Shown here piece by piece: positions 25,994 to 35,390 of a stretch of 64,000 nucleotides of DNA (its first letter is position 1; every line of letters begins with the position of its first letter). Origin of the DNA: Clostridia bacterium (GTDB lineage Bacteria > Bacillota > Clostridia > UMGS1883 > UMGS1540); assembly GCA_017442155.1 (NCBI GenBank), contig JAFSAU010000038.1, forward strand, positions 57,685 through 121,684, in the 5' to 3' direction. The notes beneath the pieces were generated by a model. It was not told the origin of the DNA. It made no database searches and saw only the letters and a program-made list of their open reading frames with translations. Made by a program: the position numbers and the translations under genes.

Positions 25994-27403
25994 GTGGCTA
26001 TCAATCCGAAAAAGCAGGAAATGCCGACCCAGGCACCGGAAACGCGGGCCCGGAATTTTGACGAGGTGGCCCTCGGATATACGGCAGAGATGGCCGTGGG
26101 TGAAGCGGAGCGCTGTCTTGCCTGCAAAAACCAGCCCTGTGTGGCAGGATGTCCTGTAAATATTCATATTCCTGATTTTATTACCTGTATTAAAAACGGT
26201 GATTTTGAAGGGGCGTACCGGGAGATTACAAAATCCTCTTCTCTGCCTGCCGTCTGCGGCCGTGTGTGCCCCCAGGAAACCCAGTGCGAAAGCAAGTGTA
26301 CGCTGGGCATAAAGTTTGAGCCGGTGGGTATCGGACGGCTGGAGCGGTTCGTAGCAGACTGGCATAATGAAAATGTAAAGGAAGCCCCTTCGGCTCCTGC
26401 GTCCAACGGGCATAAGGTGGCAATTGTCGGCTCCGGACCTTCCGGTCTGACCTGCGCCGGTGACCTGGCGAAGAAGGGCTATGACGTGACAGTGTATGAA
26501 GCGTTTCATACCGCCGGTGGCGTACTGGTGTACGGGATTCCGGAGTTCCGTCTGCCGAAGGCCATTGTGGCAAAGGAAGTAGATACGCTCAAGGCTCTCG
26601 GTGTAAAGATAGAACCCAATGTGGTTATCGGAAAAACGCTTACGGTAGATGAACTTTTTGAAATGGGCTTTGAAGCCGTCTTTATCGGCTCCGGGGCAGG
26701 ACTTCCCAGCTTTATGGGTATCCCCGGAGAAGCACTTAAGGGCGTATATTCCGCAAATGAATATCTGACAAGAAGCAATCTGATGAAGGCCTATCGGCCC
26801 GACAGCACCACCCCCATTATGAAGGGAGGACGTGTGGCGGTTGTCGGCGGCGGCAACGTGGCGATGGACGCGGCCCGCACGGCCCTTCGTCTCGGCGCAG
26901 AGAAGGTGTACATTGTGTACCGCCGTTCCATGGAAGAGCTTCCGGCAAGGCGGGAGGAAGTGGAACACGCGATGGAGGAAGGAATTGACTTCCGTCTTCT
27001 GAATAATCCTGTGGAAATTCTGGGCTATCAGAATCCGGATGACCCGCGGGACCCGAGAAACGGGTTTGTAACCGGTATGCGCTGCATAAAGATGGAGCTG
27101 GGCGAGCCGGACGAACGCGGCAGAAGAAGGCCCGTACCTGTGGAAGGCTCTGAATTTGAACTGGAAGTAGATACGGTGGTTATGTCCATTGGTACATCCC
27201 CGAACCCCCTGATTAAGGACACTACGGAAGGACTCAAGGTCAATGCCCGGGGCGGTATTGTGGTTAACGAGGACGGACTGACCTCCCGCCAGGGTGTGTA
27301 TGCCGGCGGCGACGCGGTAACAGGTGCCGCAACGGTAATTTCTGCCATGGGAGCCGGAAAGACGGCGGCAGCGGCGATTGACAAGTACCTTTCAAAGAAG
27401 TAA
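25994..27403 (+). CDS. nfnB: Nfn large subunit (GltD-like)
   Basis: RCLAC..CVAGCP, CGRVCPQETQCE, GSGPSG, YGIPEFRLP, GGGNVAMD, YRRS; follows nfnA, no gltB nearby. Confidence 0.92.
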   Translation: MAINPKKQEMPTQAPETRARNFDEVALGYTAEMAVGEAERCLACKNQPCVAGCPVNIHIPDFITCIKNGDFEGAYREITKSSSLPAVCGRVCPQETQCESKCTLGIKFEPVGIGRLERFVADWHNENVKEAPSAPASNGHKVAIVGSGPSGLTCAGDLAKKGYDVTVYEAFHTAGGVLVYGIPEFRLPKAIVAKEVDTLKALGVKIEPNVVIGKTLTVDELFEMGFEAVFIGSGAGLPSFMGIPGEALKGVYSANEYLTRSNLMKAYRPDSTTPIMKGGRVAVVGGGNVAMDAARTALRLGAEKVYIVYRRSMEELPARREEVEHAMEEGIDFRLLNNPVEILGYQNPDDPRDPRNGFVTGMRCIKMELGEPDERGRRRPVPVEGSEFELEVDTVVMSIGTSPNPLIKDTTEGLKVNARGGIVVNEDGLTSRQGVYAGGDAVTGAATVISAMGAGKTAAAAIDKYLSKK

Positions 27404-27422
27404 TAAATAAGGAGAGAAAAGC

Positions 27423-27908
27423 ATGAACGAACAGTTTGATTTTTCGGTTGTGGACAAAATTCTGGAAGTGCACGAAAAGCAGGAACAGGCTATTATTGCG
27501 ATTTTGCAGGAAATTCAGGAGCACTACCACTATCTGCCGAGAGAAATCTTCCCCTACCTGGCCGAGGAGCTGGGGATGAGCGAGGCTCGCATTTTCAGTG
27601 TTGCCACGTTCTATGAGAACTTTTCCCTGGAGCCGAAGGGCAAGTATGTGATTAAAATTTGCGACGGTACGGCTTGCCACGTTCGCAAATCCATTCCGAT
27701 TCTGGAGCGGCTCCGCAGTGAGCTGGGACTCAGCGAGAAAAAGAAAACAACGGATGATCTGAATTTTACCGTGGAAACGGTATCCTGCCTCGGTGCCTGC
27801 GGTCTGGCACCTGTACTTACGGTGAATGATGTAGTACATTCTGCCATGACACCGGATAAGGCTTCCGAACTTTTAAAATCCCTGAAGGAGGAAATCGCCA
27901 ATGCTTAA
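27423..27908 (+). CDS. hydC: [FeFe]-hydrogenase NuoE-like subunit
   Basis: VATFY, CDGTACH, CLGACGLAP. Confidence 0.9.
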   Translation: MNEQFDFSVVDKILEVHEKQEQAIIAILQEIQEHYHYLPREIFPYLAEELGMSEARIFSVATFYENFSLEPKGKYVIKICDGTACHVRKSIPILERLRSELGLSEKKKTTDDLNFTVETVSCLGACGLAPVLTVNDVVHSAMTPDKASELLKSLKEEIANA

Positions 27909-29775
27909 AAACAGAGAAGAACTGATTGCTCTGCGCGAGGAAGCGAAAAAATCCTACGAGCTGCAGACGGAAAAAATCATCGTCTGCGCAGGAACGGGCT
28001 GTGTGGCCGGCGGTTCTCTGAAAATTTATGACAGACTGAAGGAGTTGGCAGAAGCTAAAGGCGTGCCGGTGGCCGTAGAGCTGGAGGTTGATCCCCATGA
28101 TGAGACAATTGGTCTTAAAAAGAGCGGTTGTCACGGCTTCTGCGAAATGGGGCCGCTGCTTCGCATTGACCCCCAGGGCTGGCTGTACACAAAGGTAAAG
28201 CTGGAGGATTGTGAAGAAATCGTAGAGAAAACGGTTCTTCGCGGTGAAGCAATCGAACGCCTTGCCTGCAAAAAGGACGGCGTGGCCTATGGTAAGCAGG
28301 AGGAAATCCCCTTTTACAAGCAGCAGACCCGTGTGGTGCTGGAACACTGCGGCAAAATTGATGCCGATTCGATTCGCGAATATATTGCTCTCGGTGGCTA
28401 CGAGGCCTTTGAGAAAGCACTTTTTGATATGACAGCGGACGATATTGTGTCCGAAATCAGCAAATCCAACCTCCGCGGCAGAGGCGGCGGCGGCTTCCCT
28501 GCCGGCAGAAAATGGGAGCAGGTAAAACGCCAGAAGGAACCCCAGAAGTATGTGGTATGTAACGGCGACGAGGGTGACCCCGGTGCATTTATGGACCGCA
28601 GCATTATGGAGGGTGACCCCCACAGAATGCTGGAGGGTATGATGATTGCCGGCGTGGCCTGCGGTGCCAGTGAGGGGTACATTTATGTCCGTGCCGAATA
28701 TCCGCTGGCTGTAGAGAGACTTCGCACGGCAATTGCCCAGGCAGAGGAACTTGGCCTTCTCGGTGACCATATTCTGGGTACTGACTTTTCGTTCAGAATG
28801 CACATCAGCCGCGGCGCAGGAGCGTTTGTCTGCGGTGAGGGCAGTGCATTGACCGCATCCATCGAAGGTAAGCGCGGCTTCCCCCGTGTTAAACCGCCCA
28901 GAACAGTAGAACACGGTCTTTTTGACAAACCGACGGTGCTCAATAACGTGGAAACGTATGCAAATGTGGCGCAGATTATCAGCCGCGGCGCGGACTGGTA
29001 TCTGGGCATAGGCACAGATACCAGCCCCGGCACCAAGGCGTTTGCTCTCACCGGAAATATTGCCAACACCGGTCTGATTGAGGTACCTATGGGAACCACA
29101 CTCCGGGAAATTATTTTCGATATCGGCGGCGGCATGCGTGATGGCAGAGAGTTTAAGGCTGTACAGATTGGCGGCCCCTCCGGTGCCTGTCTTACGAAGG
29201 AGCATCTGGATCTGCCTCTTGACTTTGATACGCTGAAGAAGGTGGGTGCCATGATTGGCTCCGGCGGTCTGGTGGTTATGGACGACAGCACCTGCATGGT
29301 GGAGGTTGCCCGCTTCTTTATGAACTTTACACAGAACGAATCCTGCGGTAAGTGCGTACCCTGCCGCGAAGGAACAAAGCGGATGCTGGGGATTCTGGAA
29401 AGAATCGTTGCAGGAGAGGGACAGGACGGCGACATCGAGCTGCTTCTGGAGCTTGCCGAAACGATTTCTGCCACGGCTCTCTGTGGCCTTGGCAAGAGTG
29501 CTCCGTCTCCGGTTGTCAGCACCATCAAGAACTTCCGCGAGGAATACGAAGCGCATATTTACGAAAAACGCTGTCCGGCAGGGGCTTGCCAGAAGCTGAA
29601 GCAGATTATGATTGACCCGGCCCTCTGTAAAGGTTGCTCCAAGTGCGCCCGTCAGTGTCCCGTAAACGCTATTTCGGGTAAGATCAAGGAGCCATTTACC
29701 ATCGACCTTTCCAAGTGTATCCGTTGCGGAAGCTGTATTGACGCCTGCGCATTCAAGGCGATTAAGGAGGCATAA
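27901..29775 (+). CDS. hydB: [FeFe]-hydrogenase NuoF-like flavin subunit
   Basis: RGRGGGGFP, DEGDPGAFMDR, GAFVCGE, GGPSG, ESCGKC.PCR, C-terminal 2x[4Fe-4S]. Confidence 0.92.
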   Translation: MLKNREELIALREEAKKSYELQTEKIIVCAGTGCVAGGSLKIYDRLKELAEAKGVPVAVELEVDPHDETIGLKKSGCHGFCEMGPLLRIDPQGWLYTKVKLEDCEEIVEKTVLRGEAIERLACKKDGVAYGKQEEIPFYKQQTRVVLEHCGKIDADSIREYIALGGYEAFEKALFDMTADDIVSEISKSNLRGRGGGGFPAGRKWEQVKRQKEPQKYVVCNGDEGDPGAFMDRSIMEGDPHRMLEGMMIAGVACGASEGYIYVRAEYPLAVERLRTAIAQAEELGLLGDHILGTDFSFRMHISRGAGAFVCGEGSALTASIEGKRGFPRVKPPRTVEHGLFDKPTVLNNVETYANVAQIISRGADWYLGIGTDTSPGTKAFALTGNIANTGLIEVPMGTTLREIIFDIGGGMRDGREFKAVQIGGPSGACLTKEHLDLPLDFDTLKKVGAMIGSGGLVVMDDSTCMVEVARFFMNFTQNESCGKCVPCREGTKRMLGILERIVAGEGQDGDIELLLELAETISATALCGLGKSAPSPVVSTIKNFREEYEAHIYEKRCPAGACQKLKQIMIDPALCKGCSKCARQCPVNAISGKIKEPFTIDLSKCIRCGSCIDACAFKAIKEA

Positions 29776-29778
29776 GAA

Positions 29779-31467
29779 ATGACAAGTAAAAAGTATGTAA
29801 CCATAGACGGCATTCCCGTAGAAATCAACGGGGAGAAAAATCTGCTTGAGCTTATCAATAAAACCGGCGTAAAAATGCCGACCTTCTGTTACCATTCTGA
29901 GCTTTCCGTATACGGTGCCTGCCGTATGTGTATGGTGGAAAATGAGAGAGGCGGCCTGGATGCTGCCTGCTCCACACCACCCCGTGACGGTATGGTGATT
30001 AAGACGAATACGGAACGTCTCAGAAGATACAGGAAGAATATTCTGGAGCTGCTTTTAGCAAACCATTGCCGGGACTGTACTACCTGTGAAAACAACAGCA
30101 AATGTAAACTGCAGGACCTGGCCATGCGCTTTAATATTGAAGGCGTTCGTTTCCCGAACACGGCTAAATCTACAGTGAATGACGATACGTCCTCGGTCTG
30201 CATCACCCGAGACAACGGTAAGTGCATTCTTTGCGGTGACTGTGTACGGATGTGTAACGAAATTCAGAACGTGGGTGCGATTGATTTTGCGTACCGCGGC
30301 TCTAACATGATTATCAGCACAGCCTTTGGCAAGCCGCTGGCAGAAAGTCCCTGCGTGGGTTGCGGCCAGTGCGTGGCAGTGTGTCCGACCGGTGCCATCG
30401 TAGTAAAGAATAACATTTCGCCTGTCTGGAACGCTATCAGCAATCCGGAAATCAAGACCACCGTTCAGGTGGCACCTGCTGTGCGCGTAGCCCTCGGTAA
30501 GGAACTGGGCGTGAAAGACGGCGAGGACGTGATGGGTAAGATTGTGGCGGCACTCCATCGCATGGGCTTTGATGAAATTTATGACACTTCCCTCGGTGCA
30601 GACCTGACGGTGCTGGAGGAAAGTGAGGAATTCCTGGGACGGCTGGAGCAGAATGAAAATATTCCGCTGATCACATCCTGCTGTCCGGGCTGGATTCAGT
30701 ATTGTGAAAAGAAGCATCCGGAGCTTCTGCCGAATATTTCTACCTGCCGCTCTCCCATGCAGATGATGGCAGCCATTTTAAAGGACCAGGCAAAGGCGGC
30801 ATCCCGGAAGATGTTCCATGTGGCGGTTATGCCCTGTACGGCCAAAAAGTTTGAAGCGGCCAGAGATGAATTCAAGATGGACGGCGAGCCGAATGTGGAT
30901 GCGGTAATTACAACGCAGGAACTGATTTCCATGATTAAGGAAGCCGGCATTATGTTTGACACGTTGGAGCCGGAGGCAGTGGATATGCCCTTTGGCACTA
31001 TTTCCGGTGCGGGCATTATCTTTGGCGTTACCGGCGGTGTAACGGAGGCTGTACTTCGTCGTGTGGCGGCCAATAAGTCCCGTTCCGACCTTATGCTCGT
31101 GACAAACTGCGGCCAGAGAGGCATGGAAGGCATTAAGGAATTTAAGCTCCGGTATGGCGAACGGGAACTGCATATCGTGGTTGTCAGCGGTTTGAATAAC
31201 GCCGAAGAGGTTATCCGCCGGATTCACAGCGGTGAGAAAATTGATTTTGTAGAGGTGATGGCCTGCCCCGGCGGCTGTATCAATGGCGGCGGTCAGCCCT
31301 TCGCAATGGCACCGGAGAAGGAAGCAAGAAGCGCGGGCCTCTATAAGTCGGACAGGTTGCAGAGTATCCGTCGTTCAGAAGAAAATCCGATTATGACTTC
31401 ACTGTACAGAGACATTATCCGGGGAAAGGTACATGAACTTCTGCACGTGGACTACACAAAAAAGTAG
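29779..31467 (+). CDS. hydA: [FeFe]-hydrogenase catalytic subunit (group A3 type)
   Basis: H-cluster motifs TSCCPGW, MPCTAKKFE, EVMACPGGCINGGG; N-terminal [2Fe-2S], His-ligated and 2x[4Fe-4S] clusters. Confidence 0.95.
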   Translation: MTSKKYVTIDGIPVEINGEKNLLELINKTGVKMPTFCYHSELSVYGACRMCMVENERGGLDAACSTPPRDGMVIKTNTERLRRYRKNILELLLANHCRDCTTCENNSKCKLQDLAMRFNIEGVRFPNTAKSTVNDDTSSVCITRDNGKCILCGDCVRMCNEIQNVGAIDFAYRGSNMIISTAFGKPLAESPCVGCGQCVAVCPTGAIVVKNNISPVWNAISNPEIKTTVQVAPAVRVALGKELGVKDGEDVMGKIVAALHRMGFDEIYDTSLGADLTVLEESEEFLGRLEQNENIPLITSCCPGWIQYCEKKHPELLPNISTCRSPMQMMAAILKDQAKAASRKMFHVAVMPCTAKKFEAARDEFKMDGEPNVDAVITTQELISMIKEAGIMFDTLEPEAVDMPFGTISGAGIIFGVTGGVTEAVLRRVAANKSRSDLMLVTNCGQRGMEGIKEFKLRYGERELHIVVVSGLNNAEEVIRRIHSGEKIDFVEVMACPGGCINGGGQPFAMAPEKEARSAGLYKSDRLQSIRRSEENPIMTSLYRDIIRGKVHELLHVDYTKK

Positions 31468-31479
31468 GAGGGAAACGGT

Positions 31480-31734
31480 ATGATTGAACTGAATGTCTGT
31501 ATCGGCAGTGCCTGTCACATTCACGGTTCCCATAACGTGGTAGCCACGTTTCAGCATCTGATTGAAAAGTACGGCCTGCATGATAAAGTAACGCTGAAGG
31601 GTGCCTTCTGCATGAAGGAATGCTCTGCAGCCGGCGTGGCGGTAAGCTTCGCCGGAAAGACACAGCGAATTCACCCGGAGGAAGCCAGAATGTTCTTTAA
31701 GGAACAGATTCTGCCTCTCGCAGAAAAAGAATAG
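31480..31734 (+). CDS. Small thioredoxin-like [2Fe-2S] protein (HfsA-like)
   Basis: VCIGSACH..GS...AFCMKEC..GV; RBS AGGAGG. Confidence 0.75.
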   Translation: MIELNVCIGSACHIHGSHNVVATFQHLIEKYGLHDKVTLKGAFCMKECSAAGVAVSFAGKTQRIHPEEARMFFKEQILPLAEKE

Positions 31735-31747
31735 TAAAATAAGACCA

Positions 31748-31786
31748 GGGGTGTAGTAAAATGAAATGGATTTCACTACACCCTTT
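31748..31786 (+). terminator. Probable terminator of the nfn-hyd unit
   Basis: GGGTGTAGT...ACTACACCC + TTT. Confidence 0.55.
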
Positions 31787-31937
31787 GCATTTCCAATACC
31801 CTAAATTGGTTTAAAAAGAATTTAAAACGAATTTTAGAAGAAACAGGTGGGAAAGCGGTGCTTTTTGCGGAAAAGTCCGCATTTTTCTTGACTTATGGTT
31901 ATTTCGTGTGCTATACTAAAAAAAGGTGAGGTGTGCT

Positions 31938-33473
31938 ATGAAACATAGAATTTTATTGAAAGTAAGCTGTATTTTAATTTGTATCGTTTTGCTTTTATCG
32001 GGGGCTTCGGCCTTCGCGGCAGAAACGGAAACGCTATTGCCGGCGTATACGGGCCTTTTCCCGCCTTCTTCGTCCGGCCGTGTATCGCTTATGTCGATTT
32101 CGGACAAGGAGGACATTAAAGCAGATATAAAAGCGGCGCTGGAGGCAAGAAGCCCGGAGGTGGATTTACGGGAGTATTCCATTCCGGTGGATGATGTACT
32201 GGAACTGTACGCTTTGTTTTACGATGTTTTGTACGAAAATCCGGGGCTTTTTTATGTAAAAACCCAGGTCGAGGGGATGGGCAACGGGACATCGGTTGTA
32301 AGCTTGGTTTTTTCTGGATCGTATGCCTATACGGATGCTGCGACGATAAGCCGGAAGCGGGAGCAGATTGATGCAGAAGTGGATGCAATTCTGGCGACCA
32401 TTGACCCGGCCATGTCCGATGCGGAAAAGGCACTGGCAGTGCATGACTGGTTTGTGTTGCGGTATGCATATAATGTACCGGCATCCCAGACAAACGAATT
32501 GTCCGCGGCACACCGGATTGACGGCCTGTTCATTGATAAAACCGCTGTGTGCCAGGGGTACGCCCTGGGATATACTTATGTTCTGCAGAAGCTGGGAATC
32601 GATGCGATTTTTGTGCCCGGCAACGCAAACCACCATGCCTGGAATATGGTGAGAATCGGTGGGGCCTGGTATCACGTGGACGTGACGCATGATGACCCGC
32701 TCATCGGCGGGGAAGATAGGTTTGGGTATGTCTCTCATAAAAATTTCCTGCGGGGTGATGCGGGGATTACGGAGACAGGGCACTATCTGTGGGAAAGCCC
32801 GTACACCGCTTCGACAGACTTTACCAATATGTTCTGGGAGGATATCACATCCGGCCTCTTTTATTTGGACGGCAAGTGGTACTATAAGGATGTAACAAAT
32901 ACAGTTTCCCGTATAGTTTCCCGTGGCTTTATGGATACGGCGGCGGAAACACTGCTGACGGTGGATGACAGGTGGTTTGTTTCCGGGGGTAGCTATTATG
33001 CGGGACTGTTTGGAATCGGAATCTATGAGGGACGCCTGTACTATAACGCACCCCGTACAATCCGGAGCATCGACCCCTCTACCGGAGAAACGAGTGTGCA
33101 TGCACCTTCCGGCCTGGGGGATGCCTCTGTGTGCGATATGCTGATTTTCGGCGATACGTTGTATATGTCCGTTGCCGGTGACGGGGAGGAAGAAAGAGAA
33201 ATAAGAACGGAGGCCTTGCCGTTTGATTTGTCACTGCTTAGGACGGATTCGGGTTTTACCGTACATTTTCCGTTAGATGTCACACAAGCCGGGATTTGCT
33301 TTGTTGCCTGGTATGAAGGGGAGGAAATGGTCGGTATGCGTGCAGTGGATTTTGCGGCGGGAACAGCTTTTGTCACCGTGGAAGCCGATGCGGCAGACTG
33401 CACGGATGCGCGCGCCTATGTGTGGAGCGCGGGGGTAGCACCGCTTTGCAAATCCGCGGTACTGCACAAGTAG
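31938..33473 (+). CDS. Secreted transglutaminase-like (papain-fold) protein
   Basis: Signal peptide ending SAFA; VHDW, triad VCQGYA / HAWN / VDVT; upstream TTGACT-18-TATACT. Confidence 0.85.
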   Translation: MKHRILLKVSCILICIVLLLSGASAFAAETETLLPAYTGLFPPSSSGRVSLMSISDKEDIKADIKAALEARSPEVDLREYSIPVDDVLELYALFYDVLYENPGLFYVKTQVEGMGNGTSVVSLVFSGSYAYTDAATISRKREQIDAEVDAILATIDPAMSDAEKALAVHDWFVLRYAYNVPASQTNELSAAHRIDGLFIDKTAVCQGYALGYTYVLQKLGIDAIFVPGNANHHAWNMVRIGGAWYHVDVTHDDPLIGGEDRFGYVSHKNFLRGDAGITETGHYLWESPYTASTDFTNMFWEDITSGLFYLDGKWYYKDVTNTVSRIVSRGFMDTAAETLLTVDDRWFVSGGSYYAGLFGIGIYEGRLYYNAPRTIRSIDPSTGETSVHAPSGLGDASVCDMLIFGDTLYMSVAGDGEEEREIRTEALPFDLSLLRTDSGFTVHFPLDVTQAGICFVAWYEGEEMVGMRAVDFAAGTAFVTVEADAADCTDARAYVWSAGVAPLCKSAVLHK

Positions 33474-33500
33474 CCGTGTATTTACGGAAAGGAGAAAACA

Positions 33501-34076
33501 ATGGACAAAAGAGAAGAATTTTTGCAAATTTATAAGGAAAATATTACCCGGGAAGGTGCGGACAAGCTTTTGGACTATCTTCAATCCCCAGCCAGCGATT
33601 TCTTTGAAGCCCCTGCCAGCACCCGCTTTCACGGGGCATATGCCGGAGGTCTTGTGGAGCACAGCGTGAATGTGTACCACTGCCTGAAGGCGTATCTGGA
33701 CAGGGAACGGGTGAAGGAAACGTACGGCCTTTCCGTCGCCGGGGAAAGCGTTGCAATCGCCGCCCTTCTGCATGACCTTTGCAAGGTGAACTGCTATAAG
33801 CCGGGCACGCGGAATGTGAAGGAAAACGGGGTATGGAAAACAGTACCCACGTTTGAATACAGTGATGACCTGCCCTACGGGCATGGCGAAAAATCCGTCT
33901 ATATTATCACGGGCTTTATGCGTCTCAGCCGCGAGGAGGCCTTTGCCATTCGGTATCATATGGGCTTTGCCGGCACAGAGGAAGCCCGGAATGTGGGCGA
34001 GGCATTCCAGCGGTTCCCGCTGGCGTTTGCACTTTCTACGGCAGATATGGAAGCTACATATTTTCTGGAAGGGTAA
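33501..34076 (+). CDS. HD-domain phosphohydrolase (YhaM-like HD domain alone)
   Basis: APAS..HG...GGL.EHS, LLHDLCK, GHGEKS, RYHMG, AD. Confidence 0.85.
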   Translation: MDKREEFLQIYKENITREGADKLLDYLQSPASDFFEAPASTRFHGAYAGGLVEHSVNVYHCLKAYLDRERVKETYGLSVAGESVAIAALLHDLCKVNCYKPGTRNVKENGVWKTVPTFEYSDDLPYGHGEKSVYIITGFMRLSREEAFAIRYHMGFAGTEEARNVGEAFQRFPLAFALSTADMEATYFLEG

Positions 34077-34080
34077 AAGC

Positions 34081-34632
34081 ATGGAAGAATTGTATGCAAA
34101 AATAGAGAGGCTTCTGCGTGAAAGCGAGGAGCCGGTCTGTATTTCCATTGAGGGCGGTGCCGGCAGCGGCAAAACCACCCTGGCCGCGGCACTGCAAAAG
34201 AAATTTGGCGGCAATGTGTACCATATGGACGATTTTTTTCTGCCGCCACAGCTCCGGACGCCGGAGCGGCTGGCTGAGCCCGGCGGAAATGTGGATTATG
34301 ACCGGTTTTACGGCGAGGTGGTGGAGGGAATTTTCTCTGACGAGCCTTTTACATACGGCGTAATGGACTGTAAGGAGGGCCGCATTACCCGCTGGCAGGA
34401 TGTTCATCCGGCAGACCTGCATATTGTGGAGGGCGTGTACAGCGCACATCCCTATTATGAAGAAATTTATGACCTGCGGGTTTTTATAGAGGTGGATAAG
34501 GAAACCCAGCGGGCGCGTATTCTGGCCCGTAGCCCCGAAAAAGCCGACCGGTTTTTCGATGAATGGATTCCGATGGAGGACCGCTATTTTGAAGCTTTTT
34601 CGGTAAAGGAAAAGAGTGACATTATTTTATAA
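34081..34632 (+). CDS. Uridine kinase-like P-loop kinase
   Basis: EGGAGSGKTT, HMDDFF, IVEGVYS. Confidence 0.8.
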   Translation: MEELYAKIERLLRESEEPVCISIEGGAGSGKTTLAAALQKKFGGNVYHMDDFFLPPQLRTPERLAEPGGNVDYDRFYGEVVEGIFSDEPFTYGVMDCKEGRITRWQDVHPADLHIVEGVYSAHPYYEEIYDLRVFIEVDKETQRARILARSPEKADRFFDEWIPMEDRYFEAFSVKEKSDIIL

Positions 34633-34711
34633 TATAGGAAATTGCGTCAGCAATTGCTTGTAATATATGCATGAAGCCTTGAGGGTCAAATGTTTTTGAG
34701 AAGGGCAAAAT

Positions 34712-34755
34712 GGACACGCGCATTTGCGAGGATGCAAACGTGCGTGTTTTTTATT
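34712..34755 (+). terminator. Rho-independent terminator
   Basis: GACACGCGC.TTTGC/GCAAA.GTGCGTGTT + T run. Confidence 0.65.
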
Positions 34756-34850
34756 TCCCTATTTCCGACAAGGTTCCGGGGTGACATCTTCTTGCATTCG
34801 TGCAAATTTTATCATATTTTCAAAATTTTTCCATTTTTTTGAAAAAAGTA

Positions 34851-34879
34851 TTGATTTTGTTGTCAAAATATGGTATTAT
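34851..34879 (+). promoter_or_regulatory. Sigma-A promoter of the structured RNA / abrB-like gene
   Basis: TTGATT-17 bp-(TGG)TATTAT. Confidence 0.6.
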
Positions 34880-34885
34880 AGTATT

Positions 34886-35066
34886 GTCACATCTATATGG
34901 ACGTGTTTCGGCGCGTTCTTCATAAAAAGAAGTAGCGGGCGCTTTGGCAAAAGCGTGCGCCTTGGTTTCTTTCGCTACTTCTTTGTGAAAATATAGGTGT
35001 GACGACCTTACAACCAGGGATGCTACGTTTTTCGGTGTGTCTCTGAAAATGGGGCACACTTTTTTA
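34886..35066 (+). ncRNA. Unidentified structured leader or sRNA ending in an intrinsic terminator
   Basis: 13-bp closing stem 34886-34898/34991-35003, UUCG hairpin 34899-34918, 12-bp stem 34926-34937/34973-34984, terminator 35035-35065. Confidence 0.6.
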
Positions 35067-35093
35067 TTTACCAAAACGAAAGGAAGCGAGAGG

Positions 35094-35333
35094 ATGCAGG
35101 ATTTAGGTGTAATCCGAAAAATGGACAAACTGGGACGGGTGGTTGTTCCCGCCCACATCCGGAAGGAGATGAAATGGGGACAAAACACACTGCTCGAATT
35201 TTTTGCTGAGGGAGGTTGCGTTTTCCTGCAAACAAATGTAAAATCCTGCGTGTTCTGCGGTGAAAAGAACAATGTGCAGTTTTTAAGGAACAAACCTATT
35301 TGCAAAGATTGTATTGACCGATTGAAAAAATAA
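35094..35333 (+). CDS. AbrB-family transition-state regulator with C-terminal Zn ribbon
   Basis: GVIRKMDKLGRVVVP..IR; CVFC-x14-CKDC. Confidence 0.88.
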   Translation: MQDLGVIRKMDKLGRVVVPAHIRKEMKWGQNTLLEFFAEGGCVFLQTNVKSCVFCGEKNNVQFLRNKPICKDCIDRLKK

Positions 35334-35390
35334 TATGGAAAAAAGAACGGGAGATGCCGCTAATGCGACACCTCCCGATTTCGTTTTGTA

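Noticed and set aside
25994-27403. Glutamate synthase small subunit
   Set aside because: No large subunit nearby; pairing with nfnA indicates NfnB.
27423-31467. Respiratory complex I nuoEFG
   Set aside because: Third subunit has all three H-cluster motifs and no membrane subunits are present.
34886-35066. 6S RNA, T-box or c-di-GMP riboswitch
   Set aside because: No 6S-type central bubble, no T-box UGGNACC bulge, and GGCAAA lacks the rest of the c-di-GMP-I consensus.
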